A DNA stretch of 62,231 bases, the filler included, from Vannella sp. (lineage: Eukaryota): NCBI GenBank assembly GCA_023345925.1. It is 6 parts of 6 records of this genome, joined end to end, with 100 filler letters (N's around TTAATTAATTAA, not from the genome) between each part and the next. Parts side by side here need not be neighbours in the genome. Positions count along the whole stretch, not along the records: positions 1 to 14,439 come from JAJQQN010000280.1; 5 more parts are not named here. The stretch is one strand, 5' to 3'. Shown here piece after piece: positions 1 through 8,610 of this stretch (positions are counted from its first letter, which is position 1; each line of letters starts with the position of its first letter). The notes under the pieces were generated by a model that worked only from the letters and a program-made list of their open reading frames with translations, did no database searches and was not told where the DNA came from. The translations under genes and the position numbers were made by a program.

Positions 1-180
1 CCCCTTCACTCGTGGATTTTCTCTCAGAGTGGAAGGACACTTGCAAATTCTCATAAACGAATAAATTCCACATTTCTATGTAGAGAATTGTTTAACAGCG
101 GTGCGCAGTTCGACATCTCCCTCGAGGGGAAGTGAGGGGATGTGAAGGAACAAGATGAGTTTCGAATGAGGCTCATTTTT

Positions 181-3100
181 ATGGCCCCAACTCAACCGTG
201 CAGGTCTGGGACGAAGTGCACGAAGAAGGGATGCACCTTCTCGCATGGCCCTTGTTCGTTTGGAGCCACTTGTCGGAACAAAGCAACAACCTGCAAATTC
301 ACTCATACAACTCCCTGCCGAGAAGGTTCTAAATGTCCCTCGAAGAGCACCTGCAAGTTCGACCACACTCCTCTCTCGAAGGCTGCTCGCTCTAATGTCC
401 GTCCTGCACCACCTGCAAACGACTTACCTTGTAGAGATGGGCTATCTTGTGGTAGATCTGACTGCTATTACTCCCATCCTGCAGGGTGGAAGGCAGCTAA
501 TGCACGGGCGAAAGCTACTCTGGCTCCCAAGGTGGTCGGCGAATGTCCTCGAAAGGCAAACTGCTGTTGGTTTCAGTGCCCAAAGGACCATCCGTCCAAT
601 CGAACTCCTTGCTGCCCAACGAAGGGCTCCCACACTACTCTCTGCTGCCCTTTCTTGCATCCTACTGATAACCCTCCGGCATTTCATGAGATCAGAGACC
701 TTCTGTTCCAGTCGTTGAAAAAAAACACCAAGTCACCTTTGTCTCAGGCCCTTGTGGTCAGCTACAACACGATGAACAACTTCATTCGCTCGATTATTGC
801 TAAAAAGAGGGAAGTAAAGCAGTCTAACCCTGCTGAGGTGAACGAAGTCCTCAAAGCGAAGTTAAGTGAGATGTTCTCTATTCTTGAGGTCTTTTCCAGC
901 GCTGTCCTTGGTGTTTGTCCGACGAGCCCAGATGACACGTTCAGAGATGAAGACCGAAGAGAGATGGAGCGATTCTCGTTCCGCCTTCGCCCTTTCTCTG
1001 CCAACTACTCTACTGAAAAAACTGCTTTGGATAAGATCTACTCTACTCCACTCCCAGCTTTGGCGATGTCCATTAGAATCAAGGACATGGTCAAAAGGAA
1101 TGATGTAGTCATCATTCCAGGAGAAACTGGCTCTGGAAAGAGTACCCAAGTTCCGCAGTACCTCGCTGACGTCTTTCCAAAAAAGATACTTTGTACTCAG
1201 CCCCGCAAGATTGGAGCGACATCACTGAGTACCCGAGTGGAGTTTGAACACAGCCCCAACATTCTAACTACTCCTGAAAAGAGAGATCATCGGTCTGTGG
1301 GCCATTGTGTGTCAGGAGAGTATGTCAATGGATCCCGCATCATGTACTATTCGGAGCAGAAGCTCTTGCAGAGTCTCAACGATCCTGCTCGATTCAAAGC
1401 GCTCTTGCATGATTTTGAAGTCATCATCATTGACGAGGCTCACGAAAGGAGCATCACAATGGACATCCTATTAGGGAGCCTTAGAAACTTGCTGGCTTCA
1501 CCTGGAGGACCAAAGCCGAAGCTAGTCATCACCTCAGCCACAATTGATGTTGGTAAATTCACCAACTTCTTTAGACAAGCGAATCTGAAGGTGGAATCCG
1601 TGAAAATCCCCGGAAGGAACTTCCCAATCGCAATGACTTATCAACCACTGTTGGGAAAGGAGAGCTTTTTGGATCAATGTGTCGCAGAGGCCTTTAAGTA
1701 TGCGACATCAGAAGATGAGGAAGGAAACGTCCTTGTCTTTGTTACCAGCTTGGAGGAGGTAGAGTTCTGTGTAAAGGAGTGCCGCCAAAAGTGCAAGGCT
1801 GGGAAGCACGATGTGAAGGTCCTCGCTCTCCATGGCAAACAAAGCCAAGAGGACCAACGAGAAATCTTTAGAGAAACTTCTGACAGGCGAATCATCTTCT
1901 CTACGAACGTGGCTGAAACATCTCTGACGATTCCGGGTATACGGTGTGTGATTGACTCTGGAAGAGAAAGAGAAGCAGTCTTTGACCACCAGCGTAACAT
2001 GGTCGTTCTCCGCTCCCAAGACATCTCTCAAAATTCCGCAATTCAACGCACTGGGAGAGCCGGTCGAACAGCACCTGGGCGTTGTATCAGACTCTATTCT
2101 GAAGAAGCATTCAACGCTATGAGTTATTCCAAAACACCAGAGATCTTGAGCTCGTCACTTGGGACAACTTGTCTCATTCTCAAGGAGCAGAACATTGACA
2201 TGGCTTCATTCCCTTGGCTCGATGCTCCAGCTCAAGAAGACGTTAGACTCACTGAGAATCAGCTCATTTTCCTGCAAGCAATCACTCCTTCCGGTCAACT
2301 GACAGGACTGGGCTCTTTCATTGCCAAGAATCAGCTCGACCCCTTCATTGGCAAGCTGCTTTGGGAAGGTCTTCAGAGAGACTTGTTGGTTCCTGCTGCT
2401 GTTATTGCAGGTCTGCTCTCCGTTTCTATGTGGTGGTACGGAGGAGATGCAAAGAGGAAGCAAGAGTGCAGCCAAAAGAAAGCAAATCTCTTGCAAGAAA
2501 TCGGAGCTCAGGACTTTGGTGATGTCGTTGCAGAGTTTAATGTCTTTCGACATTGGGCACAGCTGTTTGTTCAATCGAATGGCTTTGTGAAGAAAGAGTC
2601 TTTTAACTGGTGCCGGGAGAACTCTCTCAATGGAAGTGACATGTTTCTGGCTGTCAACAACATTAAGGACTTCCTACGCTCTAAAGAGCTGGGCAAGATG
2701 AAGTTCAATGCCAGAAACATTCCTTATGTTGATGAGAAGGACCTCATGAGGCTCATTACTTCTGCATTCTTCCTGAACGCAGCTGTGGAGGAAACACCAG
2801 GTCGCTATCTTTGCTTGATGCAAGGAACTCAAGCAAAGATTCATCCGTCATCCAGATGCCACAGCCATGGAATGATCATCTACCAACAGCTAATGCGAAC
2901 AGCCCAAACTCACCTTCTCCGAAACACACCTATTGACCTGAGTATGATTCAGAACAGCCTACCACCGGCTCTCTTCCAAAGGTTCCAAGATTGCACACAG
3001 GCGAATCGCCGCGAGAAGCACACTTTGTCAGTTTCTAAGATTCTGTTGGACAAGCTTTGTGGAAGTGGTGGCACAAAGATTGCCAAACTGGAAAAGGAGA

Positions 3101-5505
3101 TTGGAGCCTTGCTAGATGTTGACCGAAGCGGAAACGAGATCACAATTTGTGCAGCTCCAGAACGGCTGGCAGCTGCGGTATCGGAGGTCAAGAAAGTTGT
3201 GGCAACCTACCGCAAGCTTATCGAAGATGAGGTGGAAGAGGTCACTCTTGTTGGACAGACGAGGCTCATAATGTGCAATGGCGGAGCTATTCAGCAAGTT
3301 CTGCTGGGAAAAGAGTTCCTGAAAATCTTTTTCTCAAGACTTCCTGCTTCTACAACTGCAGACTCATTGCTGGCTCACATTAATTCCTGTGGGGTTCGCG
3401 TTACTGCGTTTGATTTCTTTTCAAGAGAGGTCTTCCAAAACGGATCTGCCTGCTTTATGTGCAAGAACACTTCCACTGCACAGCGTATTGTGGATCGTGT
3501 CAATAACTCTTCTTCAGGTGGTGAAGAGACAATCATCTGTCAAGCTATGGGGCGGGCCGATGTGTCATCTGTGCAGGTGGATGACTTGATGTTGGAAGTG
3601 CGTTGGCCTGTTGGACCATCTGATGGAAGAGGAATGATATCATTCTCAACTATGAAGTCCGCCAATGAGGCGTTCCACAATCACAAGCACGTTGGTCCTA
3701 TTGCGAATTCAGGACTACAAATGAACTTCCCTCCTGATTCCAAGGTGAAGGGCTGCGCCATCTCCGACGATAGAACTTCCTATATCACAAGAGTTGTTCG
3801 TGGGGAAGCCCCTGCTACCCAATTTACTTTCCAGCTGTCTAATCTCCCTAAAGACATGACTGAGGCTCAGTTACTGAACCTCTTCTGCCGATTCGGAAAT
3901 GTCAGCAGATGCACAATTGAGAGACTGCCGGCCAGGGGAGAAGTGGATGAAGACTTTGAAGTCAGCGTTGGAATGATCAAATCGATTGCGTTGCCCAAGT
4001 CAGAGGATTGGAGCTTTGATATCTTTCCCAATCAATATCTCTTAGCTGGACTCAATTGCCTTGTGTCAACGCTTGAGGTTGGTCTCTCTTCGGTACAGCA
4101 GATCCTTGATTGTCCCAGTCGGTTTTACGGGCAGCCAGCACAAGCTAGTCTTCGCGTTGGGTACAAACTCACGTTCCATTTGAGCATCCACAAAGCCTTG
4201 AAGAAAGAGTTTAGCGAGCTGGAGGAGAAGGCAAAAAATCAAAACATCAGCCTCTCCTCGACATTCAAGAACATGCAAGTGCACTACAGCTTGAGCATTG
4301 TCGCTGACTCGGATTCTTCTGTGGTCAACAGCCAGAGAGTAGAGAATCTCCGCACTCTCTGTGCATCCTTCAGTCTCGTAGTGAAACCAGAAAACTACCA
4401 AAACGAACTCATCACATTCCTGTTCACTCAGAAGGGATCGTTCTTCCTCCAAAAGTTGGAAAAGGTTGTACCAAATGCCTATATTCACTGGCAAAAGTCC
4501 AACAAGACGGTCCGGCTTTTTGGTCCAGAGGGTCCCCGGGACAAAATCCGACGAGAACTTGATGCTTACCTAGCCTCCTACAGTGCAGCTGCTGATATTG
4601 TTGCCTTCTATCCACGTGTAGCATCGTCTCAATTGGTAGCTTTCCAGAAAGCCTTGTACAGAGATGATAAGGTTCTCTGGATCCGAATTGATCGTGGGCA
4701 AGGCTGCCTTCAGCTAAAGGTTGCTGGAAAGGACCTGAACAGTGTGCAACAGAAGCTCTACAGAGATTTTGCAGCGAAAGGGTTTACCCTTTCAGAGACT
4801 CCTGAGGTCAGAAATCTGTCTCACGCGAATGAGATTCGGGAGTGTCCTGTGTGCACTGATGATGAAGGATGTGACATAACTCTGCAGCTTTGCGCACACC
4901 CATATCATACCGAATGTCTGGCAGGCCCCAATTCCTTCTTGGTTCGAGAAGACAGAAGTTCCCTTGTGGAAAGTATTCCTCTTCTGTGTTACAGGGAAGG
5001 CTGTAACCAAAAGATCACTTGGCGAGAGCTGACAAGCTTGCTGGGGGACAAAAACTTAAAGGATCTCATCAGTGCGTCCTTGGAGAAGTTCCTGCGACAG
5101 AATAAGCAATTCATTGCTTGTTTCGGTGCTGATTGCTCTCAAATCTTCAACAGAGCCCAAAATGAGATGAATTGTGATATGTGTCTTCAAAGTTACTGCA
5201 CTTCATGCTCGATTCGCACTAGCTCAGCGATTCGGTGCCACCCTGGTGTTTCCTGCCAATCAATGAAGGATGGAGGACCTCTCAATCTTGCTGAGCTCGG
5301 CATTAAAAAGTGCCCAGGATGTCGTCAAGGCGTCAACAGAACAGAAGGCTGCTACCACATGACCTGCCGATGTGGAACTCACTTCTGTTGGGGCTGCTTG
5401 TCTCTCCGAAGTGGAAATAACCAGTCCTGCATCAAGCCATGCAAACAACTCAATTGCGATTATGTCTACCACCACATGGATTTCTGCAACATCAGGGATG
5501 ATTGA
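181..5505 (+). CDS. DEAH-box RNA helicase / RBR E3 ligase fusion with N-terminal CCCH zinc fingers (plant DEAH11/DEAH12-like architecture)
   Basis: Intronless ORF, first ATG at 181. About six C-x5-C-x4-6-C-x3-H fingers; GETGSGKST, TQPRKIGA, DEAH, SAT, STNVAETSLTIPG, QRTGRAGR; KH-like LCGSGG; RRM-like segments; C-terminal RING-IBR-RING2 with CPGC..GCYHMTC.CGTHFCWGC. Confidence 0.9.
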   Translation: MAPTQPCRSGTKCTKKGCTFSHGPCSFGATCRNKATTCKFTHTTPCREGSKCPSKSTCKFDHTPLSKAARSNVRPAPPANDLPCRDGLSCGRSDCYYSHPAGWKAANARAKATLAPKVVGECPRKANCCWFQCPKDHPSNRTPCCPTKGSHTTLCCPFLHPTDNPPAFHEIRDLLFQSLKKNTKSPLSQALVVSYNTMNNFIRSIIAKKREVKQSNPAEVNEVLKAKLSEMFSILEVFSSAVLGVCPTSPDDTFRDEDRREMERFSFRLRPFSANYSTEKTALDKIYSTPLPALAMSIRIKDMVKRNDVVIIPGETGSGKSTQVPQYLADVFPKKILCTQPRKIGATSLSTRVEFEHSPNILTTPEKRDHRSVGHCVSGEYVNGSRIMYYSEQKLLQSLNDPARFKALLHDFEVIIIDEAHERSITMDILLGSLRNLLASPGGPKPKLVITSATIDVGKFTNFFRQANLKVESVKIPGRNFPIAMTYQPLLGKESFLDQCVAEAFKYATSEDEEGNVLVFVTSLEEVEFCVKECRQKCKAGKHDVKVLALHGKQSQEDQREIFRETSDRRIIFSTNVAETSLTIPGIRCVIDSGREREAVFDHQRNMVVLRSQDISQNSAIQRTGRAGRTAPGRCIRLYSEEAFNAMSYSKTPEILSSSLGTTCLILKEQNIDMASFPWLDAPAQEDVRLTENQLIFLQAITPSGQLTGLGSFIAKNQLDPFIGKLLWEGLQRDLLVPAAVIAGLLSVSMWWYGGDAKRKQECSQKKANLLQEIGAQDFGDVVAEFNVFRHWAQLFVQSNGFVKKESFNWCRENSLNGSDMFLAVNNIKDFLRSKELGKMKFNARNIPYVDEKDLMRLITSAFFLNAAVEETPGRYLCLMQGTQAKIHPSSRCHSHGMIIYQQLMRTAQTHLLRNTPIDLSMIQNSLPPALFQRFQDCTQANRREKHTLSVSKILLDKLCGSGGTKIAKLEKEIGALLDVDRSGNEITICAAPERLAAAVSEVKKVVATYRKLIEDEVEEVTLVGQTRLIMCNGGAIQQVLLGKEFLKIFFSRLPASTTADSLLAHINSCGVRVTAFDFFSREVFQNGSACFMCKNTSTAQRIVDRVNNSSSGGEETIICQAMGRADVSSVQVDDLMLEVRWPVGPSDGRGMISFSTMKSANEAFHNHKHVGPIANSGLQMNFPPDSKVKGCAISDDRTSYITRVVRGEAPATQFTFQLSNLPKDMTEAQLLNLFCRFGNVSRCTIERLPARGEVDEDFEVSVGMIKSIALPKSEDWSFDIFPNQYLLAGLNCLVSTLEVGLSSVQQILDCPSRFYGQPAQASLRVGYKLTFHLSIHKALKKEFSELEEKAKNQNISLSSTFKNMQVHYSLSIVADSDSSVVNSQRVENLRTLCASFSLVVKPENYQNELITFLFTQKGSFFLQKLEKVVPNAYIHWQKSNKTVRLFGPEGPRDKIRRELDAYLASYSAAADIVAFYPRVASSQLVAFQKALYRDDKVLWIRIDRGQGCLQLKVAGKDLNSVQQKLYRDFAAKGFTLSETPEVRNLSHANEIRECPVCTDDEGCDITLQLCAHPYHTECLAGPNSFLVREDRSSLVESIPLLCYREGCNQKITWRELTSLLGDKNLKDLISASLEKFLRQNKQFIACFGADCSQIFNRAQNEMNCDMCLQSYCTSCSIRTSSAIRCHPGVSCQSMKDGGPLNLAELGIKKCPGCRQGVNRTEGCYHMTCRCGTHFCWGCLSLRSGNNQSCIKPCKQLNCDYVYHHMDFCNIRDD

Positions 5506-5552
5506 GACCCCTGCCAATTGTCAATCTTACGATCTAAAGAGACATTCCTGAT

Positions 5553-5600
5553 GGGAAATGAAAGGGAAATGAAAGGGAAATGAAAGGGAAATGTCATTTC
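5553..5600 (+). repeat. 11-bp tandem repeat (GGGAAATGAAA)x3 plus palindrome GAAATGTCATTTC just upstream of the first Ras-like gene
   Basis: Read directly from the sequence. A related motif GAAATGATAGGAAATGTCATTT lies upstream of the second Ras-like gene (about 6570-6591). Confidence 0.8.
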
Positions 5601-5616
5601 GTGCTGGTCCTTCAGG

Positions 5617-6204
5617 ATGGACGAGCACAAGGTCTTGGTTTGTGGAGGGGATGGTGTGGGCAAGTCTGCATTGACCATACAATTCGCTCATCACTACTTT
5701 GCTTCTGAGTTTGACCCCTTCAAGGAGGAAACTCATCGCAAGGAAGCGATGATCGATGGGTTAGCTTGCGAGCTTGAGATCGATGTTATAAGCGAGTATG
5801 ATTCAGCTGATCTTTACCGTGGTCATGAAAGGAACATAGACGAATCACTGCGAAACGCTAACGGGTTCATATGCGCGTACTCTGTCACTTCACGCACCTC
5901 TTTTCAAAGAGTGGCTCGGATGGTGAAGAACATTGTACGCAAATTGGACAGAGACGATTGGCCCAATGTTCTAGTGGGAACCAAATGTGACTTGGAACAG
6001 GAACGCGAAGTAGCAGAGCAAGAGGGGCAGGATCTCGCTGCTTCTCTTAAGTGTTCATTCTTCGAGACTTCCGCTTTGGCCGCAATCAACATCGAAGAGG
6101 CATTCTACGAGTTAGTTCGGGAAATCAGAAGACACCAACTGGAGAATTACTCTCCGCAACCGTATACCCAAATCCAAGCACATCACAGAAGAAGGCGCCT
6201 TTAA
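5617..6204 (+). CDS. Atypical Ras-family small GTPase
   Basis: GGDGVGKS, VGTKCD, FFETSA..INIEEAFYELVREIR. G3 is degenerate (DVISE) and there is no CaaX. Confidence 0.85.
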   Translation: MDEHKVLVCGGDGVGKSALTIQFAHHYFASEFDPFKEETHRKEAMIDGLACELEIDVISEYDSADLYRGHERNIDESLRNANGFICAYSVTSRTSFQRVARMVKNIVRKLDRDDWPNVLVGTKCDLEQEREVAEQEGQDLAASLKCSFFETSALAAINIEEAFYELVREIRRHQLENYSPQPYTQIQAHHRRRRL

Positions 6205-6611
6205 AGCTTTTCTTTGTTAATCCATAGAAAGCAATCCTATCAAACTCTAACTCTAACTCGAGCTGGCCCTTGAAGGGAAACTAAAGTATGTCAAACAGAG
6301 ACTCACAGTCCGGCTCAATCAAACAGAAAGCTCAAAAGTGATGAGAATAGGCTAGCTTGAAGTGATTTTCAGGCATCATGGAGTAGAAGTAGTGGTGTGC
6401 GACTTGATGATGAATGCGAGGAACGAATCCCACCAGATTTCGGGGCATGATTCACTCTTTCGGGACTTTACTTTGACGATCGAGATTCAATGTTGCCTTG
6501 ATTTCCCGCGCACATCTGCTAAGCTGGGTAGGTCCTCTGATCGTTCCGGAGGCATTTTGTGAGAAAGATGAAATGATAGGAAATGTCATTTTGTGGGATC
6601 CTTCCGAACCC

Positions 6612-7171
6612 ATGGCCGGTCGCGAGTACAAGCTCATGTGATGGGTAGGAATGGCCTGGGCAAGTCAGCATTGACCATGCAACTCATCCTTCGCCACTTT
6701 GTCCCTGACTTCAACCCTGACATAGAAGACTCGTACCGCAAGGTTGTGACGATTGATGGAGAGACTTGTGTGCTTAATGTTGTAGATACCACTTGGCCTA
6801 AGCAGTACTACTTTTACATGGCTGATACGCACGTTCGAACGACTCACAGATTCATCTGTGTGTACTCTGTCACTTCGCGCACCTCTTTTGACGACATATC
6901 GGCCATGGTGGAGAGAATTCTACGTATGAAGTATCAAGATAGCGTGCCTCTTGTTCTTGTGGGAACCAAATGCGACTTGGAAGATGAGCGGCAAGTGACA
7001 GAGCAAGAGGGACAAGATCTTGCAGCAACTCTCCATTGTCCTTTCTTCGAGACTTCCGCAAAGGCGGGAATCAACATCGAAGAAGCGTTCTATGAGCTTA
7101 CCCGAGAGGTCCGTCAGACGAGAGATCGGCACCGCCCACCCCAACCAAAGAGATCCTGCACTCTTTCCTGA
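6612..7171 (+). pseudogene. Atypical Ras-family GTPase with a 1-nt frameshift in the first beta strand (pseudogene or assembly indel)
   Basis: ATG at 6612 gives MAGREYKLM then TGA at 6639. The shifted frame continues VMGRNGLGKS...TKCD...ETSAK and ends in the CaaX motif CTLS. Confidence 0.65.
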
Positions 7172-7875
7172 AACATTTGAAGGCTCCATATGATTAAGAA
7201 TCTGTCTAAACTTGTTTCGTAGTACGTCAGAAAGCTACTCACAGTGGAAGCTCCCCTGCAACTCAAAGGCAACACAATAATGTGCTCTCCTAAAGAACCT
7301 CAGCAGGAGTAATCGATGTATGGTGCGGAGTTTGCTTGACTAATGTGTGAAGTAGTCGATTTCTCTCTTTCACAAACCAGATCCTGAGTAACCCAGCAAA
7401 CATCGATTAGATCGCTCTAACAGGAATCCTTGAGTCAACTACAGGTCTTGCAACGGACAGTCAAACCGCCTTCGGAAACAACAGAAACCGGACTCAGCTG
7501 TTTCTGTTGGTCTCCATAATGAAACCTTGACGAACCATCAAATGTGTGGTAAAGGTGGGCAAAACATTTTTCTTAAATTCGGCGGCCCTTTGTGTGGAAT
7601 GTAATGAAGTCTTGACTCTTGTCACCTTCAGAGAATCAATCGAGATGGCCCACAGCAGCTCGCTTTCGTGTTGGAACCGCTCTGTCTCCACTGAAACGTC
7701 CCATGATCTTGCAGAGCTTCCAAATGCAATCTGGCTCCATTATGCTATTTTGACCATCCCTCCAAACGATGGCCTTCTGATCGAACAATGGTGTGAAGAT
7801 CGATCACATTCTATCCTGAATCAAGACCGTTTATAGCTCTTTCCTGGAAAATGGTGCCACTTCTGGTGTGGGAAT

Positions 7876-8457
7876 GTGTTGAGGTATTTGCGATCTTGTC
7901 ACTTTCTGAGAATTATCGGACAAGGCTTGCTTTCTTTGGCTCTTCCTCAGGAACCCATCACCCACATGGTCGACGAACCAGGGCCACTCCATAAACTCCC
8001 TCTGCTGATGACTACTTGGACGCCGTTGATCCGCTTCTTGGTTGGACACTCTTTCTGTGAAGAGGAAATGACTCAGTACTCTTCTTTCATCAATTGCAAC
8101 ACCATCCACGGAACCTCGCCGCTTCATTTCGCTGCTTTGCGAGAAGATCCTCGCTTTGTCTCATTTCTCCTTGGCCAAGGTTTGCCCATTGACTCTCGCA
8201 ACCACTTCGACGAGACCCCTCTGCATTGGGCTGTCAAGGAAGGACATCAGGAAATCGTCTCCCTCCTGATCTCTGCAGGCGCCAGAGTTGACGCACTCGA
8301 CTCTGAGAACAAAACTCCAAGACATTGGGCACTGGAAGAGGACCAAACCCACCTTCTGCCCCTCTTCCCGCAGAGTAGAAAGAGAAGCAGTCTTCTCTCT
8401 TCACCAGAATCCGTCCTTGCAGGTCCCAACACGCTCCTTCCACCCATTAAATCTTAA
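7876..8457 (+). CDS. Ankyrin-repeat protein (3' part; 5' exons probably from about 7645, unresolved)
   Basis: GTSPLHFAA, DETPLHWAVKEGHQEIVSLLISAGARVDALD and KTPRHWA ankyrin motifs. Confidence 0.75.
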   Translation: MLRYLRSCHFLRIIGQGLLSLALPQEPITHMVDEPGPLHKLPLLMTTWTPLIRFLVGHSFCEEEMTQYSSFINCNTIHGTSPLHFAALREDPRFVSFLLGQGLPIDSRNHFDETPLHWAVKEGHQEIVSLLISAGARVDALDSENKTPRHWALEEDQTHLLPLFPQSRKRSSLLSSPESVLAGPNTLLPPIKS

Positions 8458-8610
8458 TCCTTCCTGTAATGTTAGTGTTTGGTGATTCACGGATGGACGG
8501 ACTAGAGTCGAGAAAGGAAAGTCAAGGCCAGAAGCGGAGTCTAGACCAATCATTCAAGTGGATAGATCATGCGTGAGCCCTTCTGTTCCTGCAACTCAAA
8601 GGGAGTTTAG

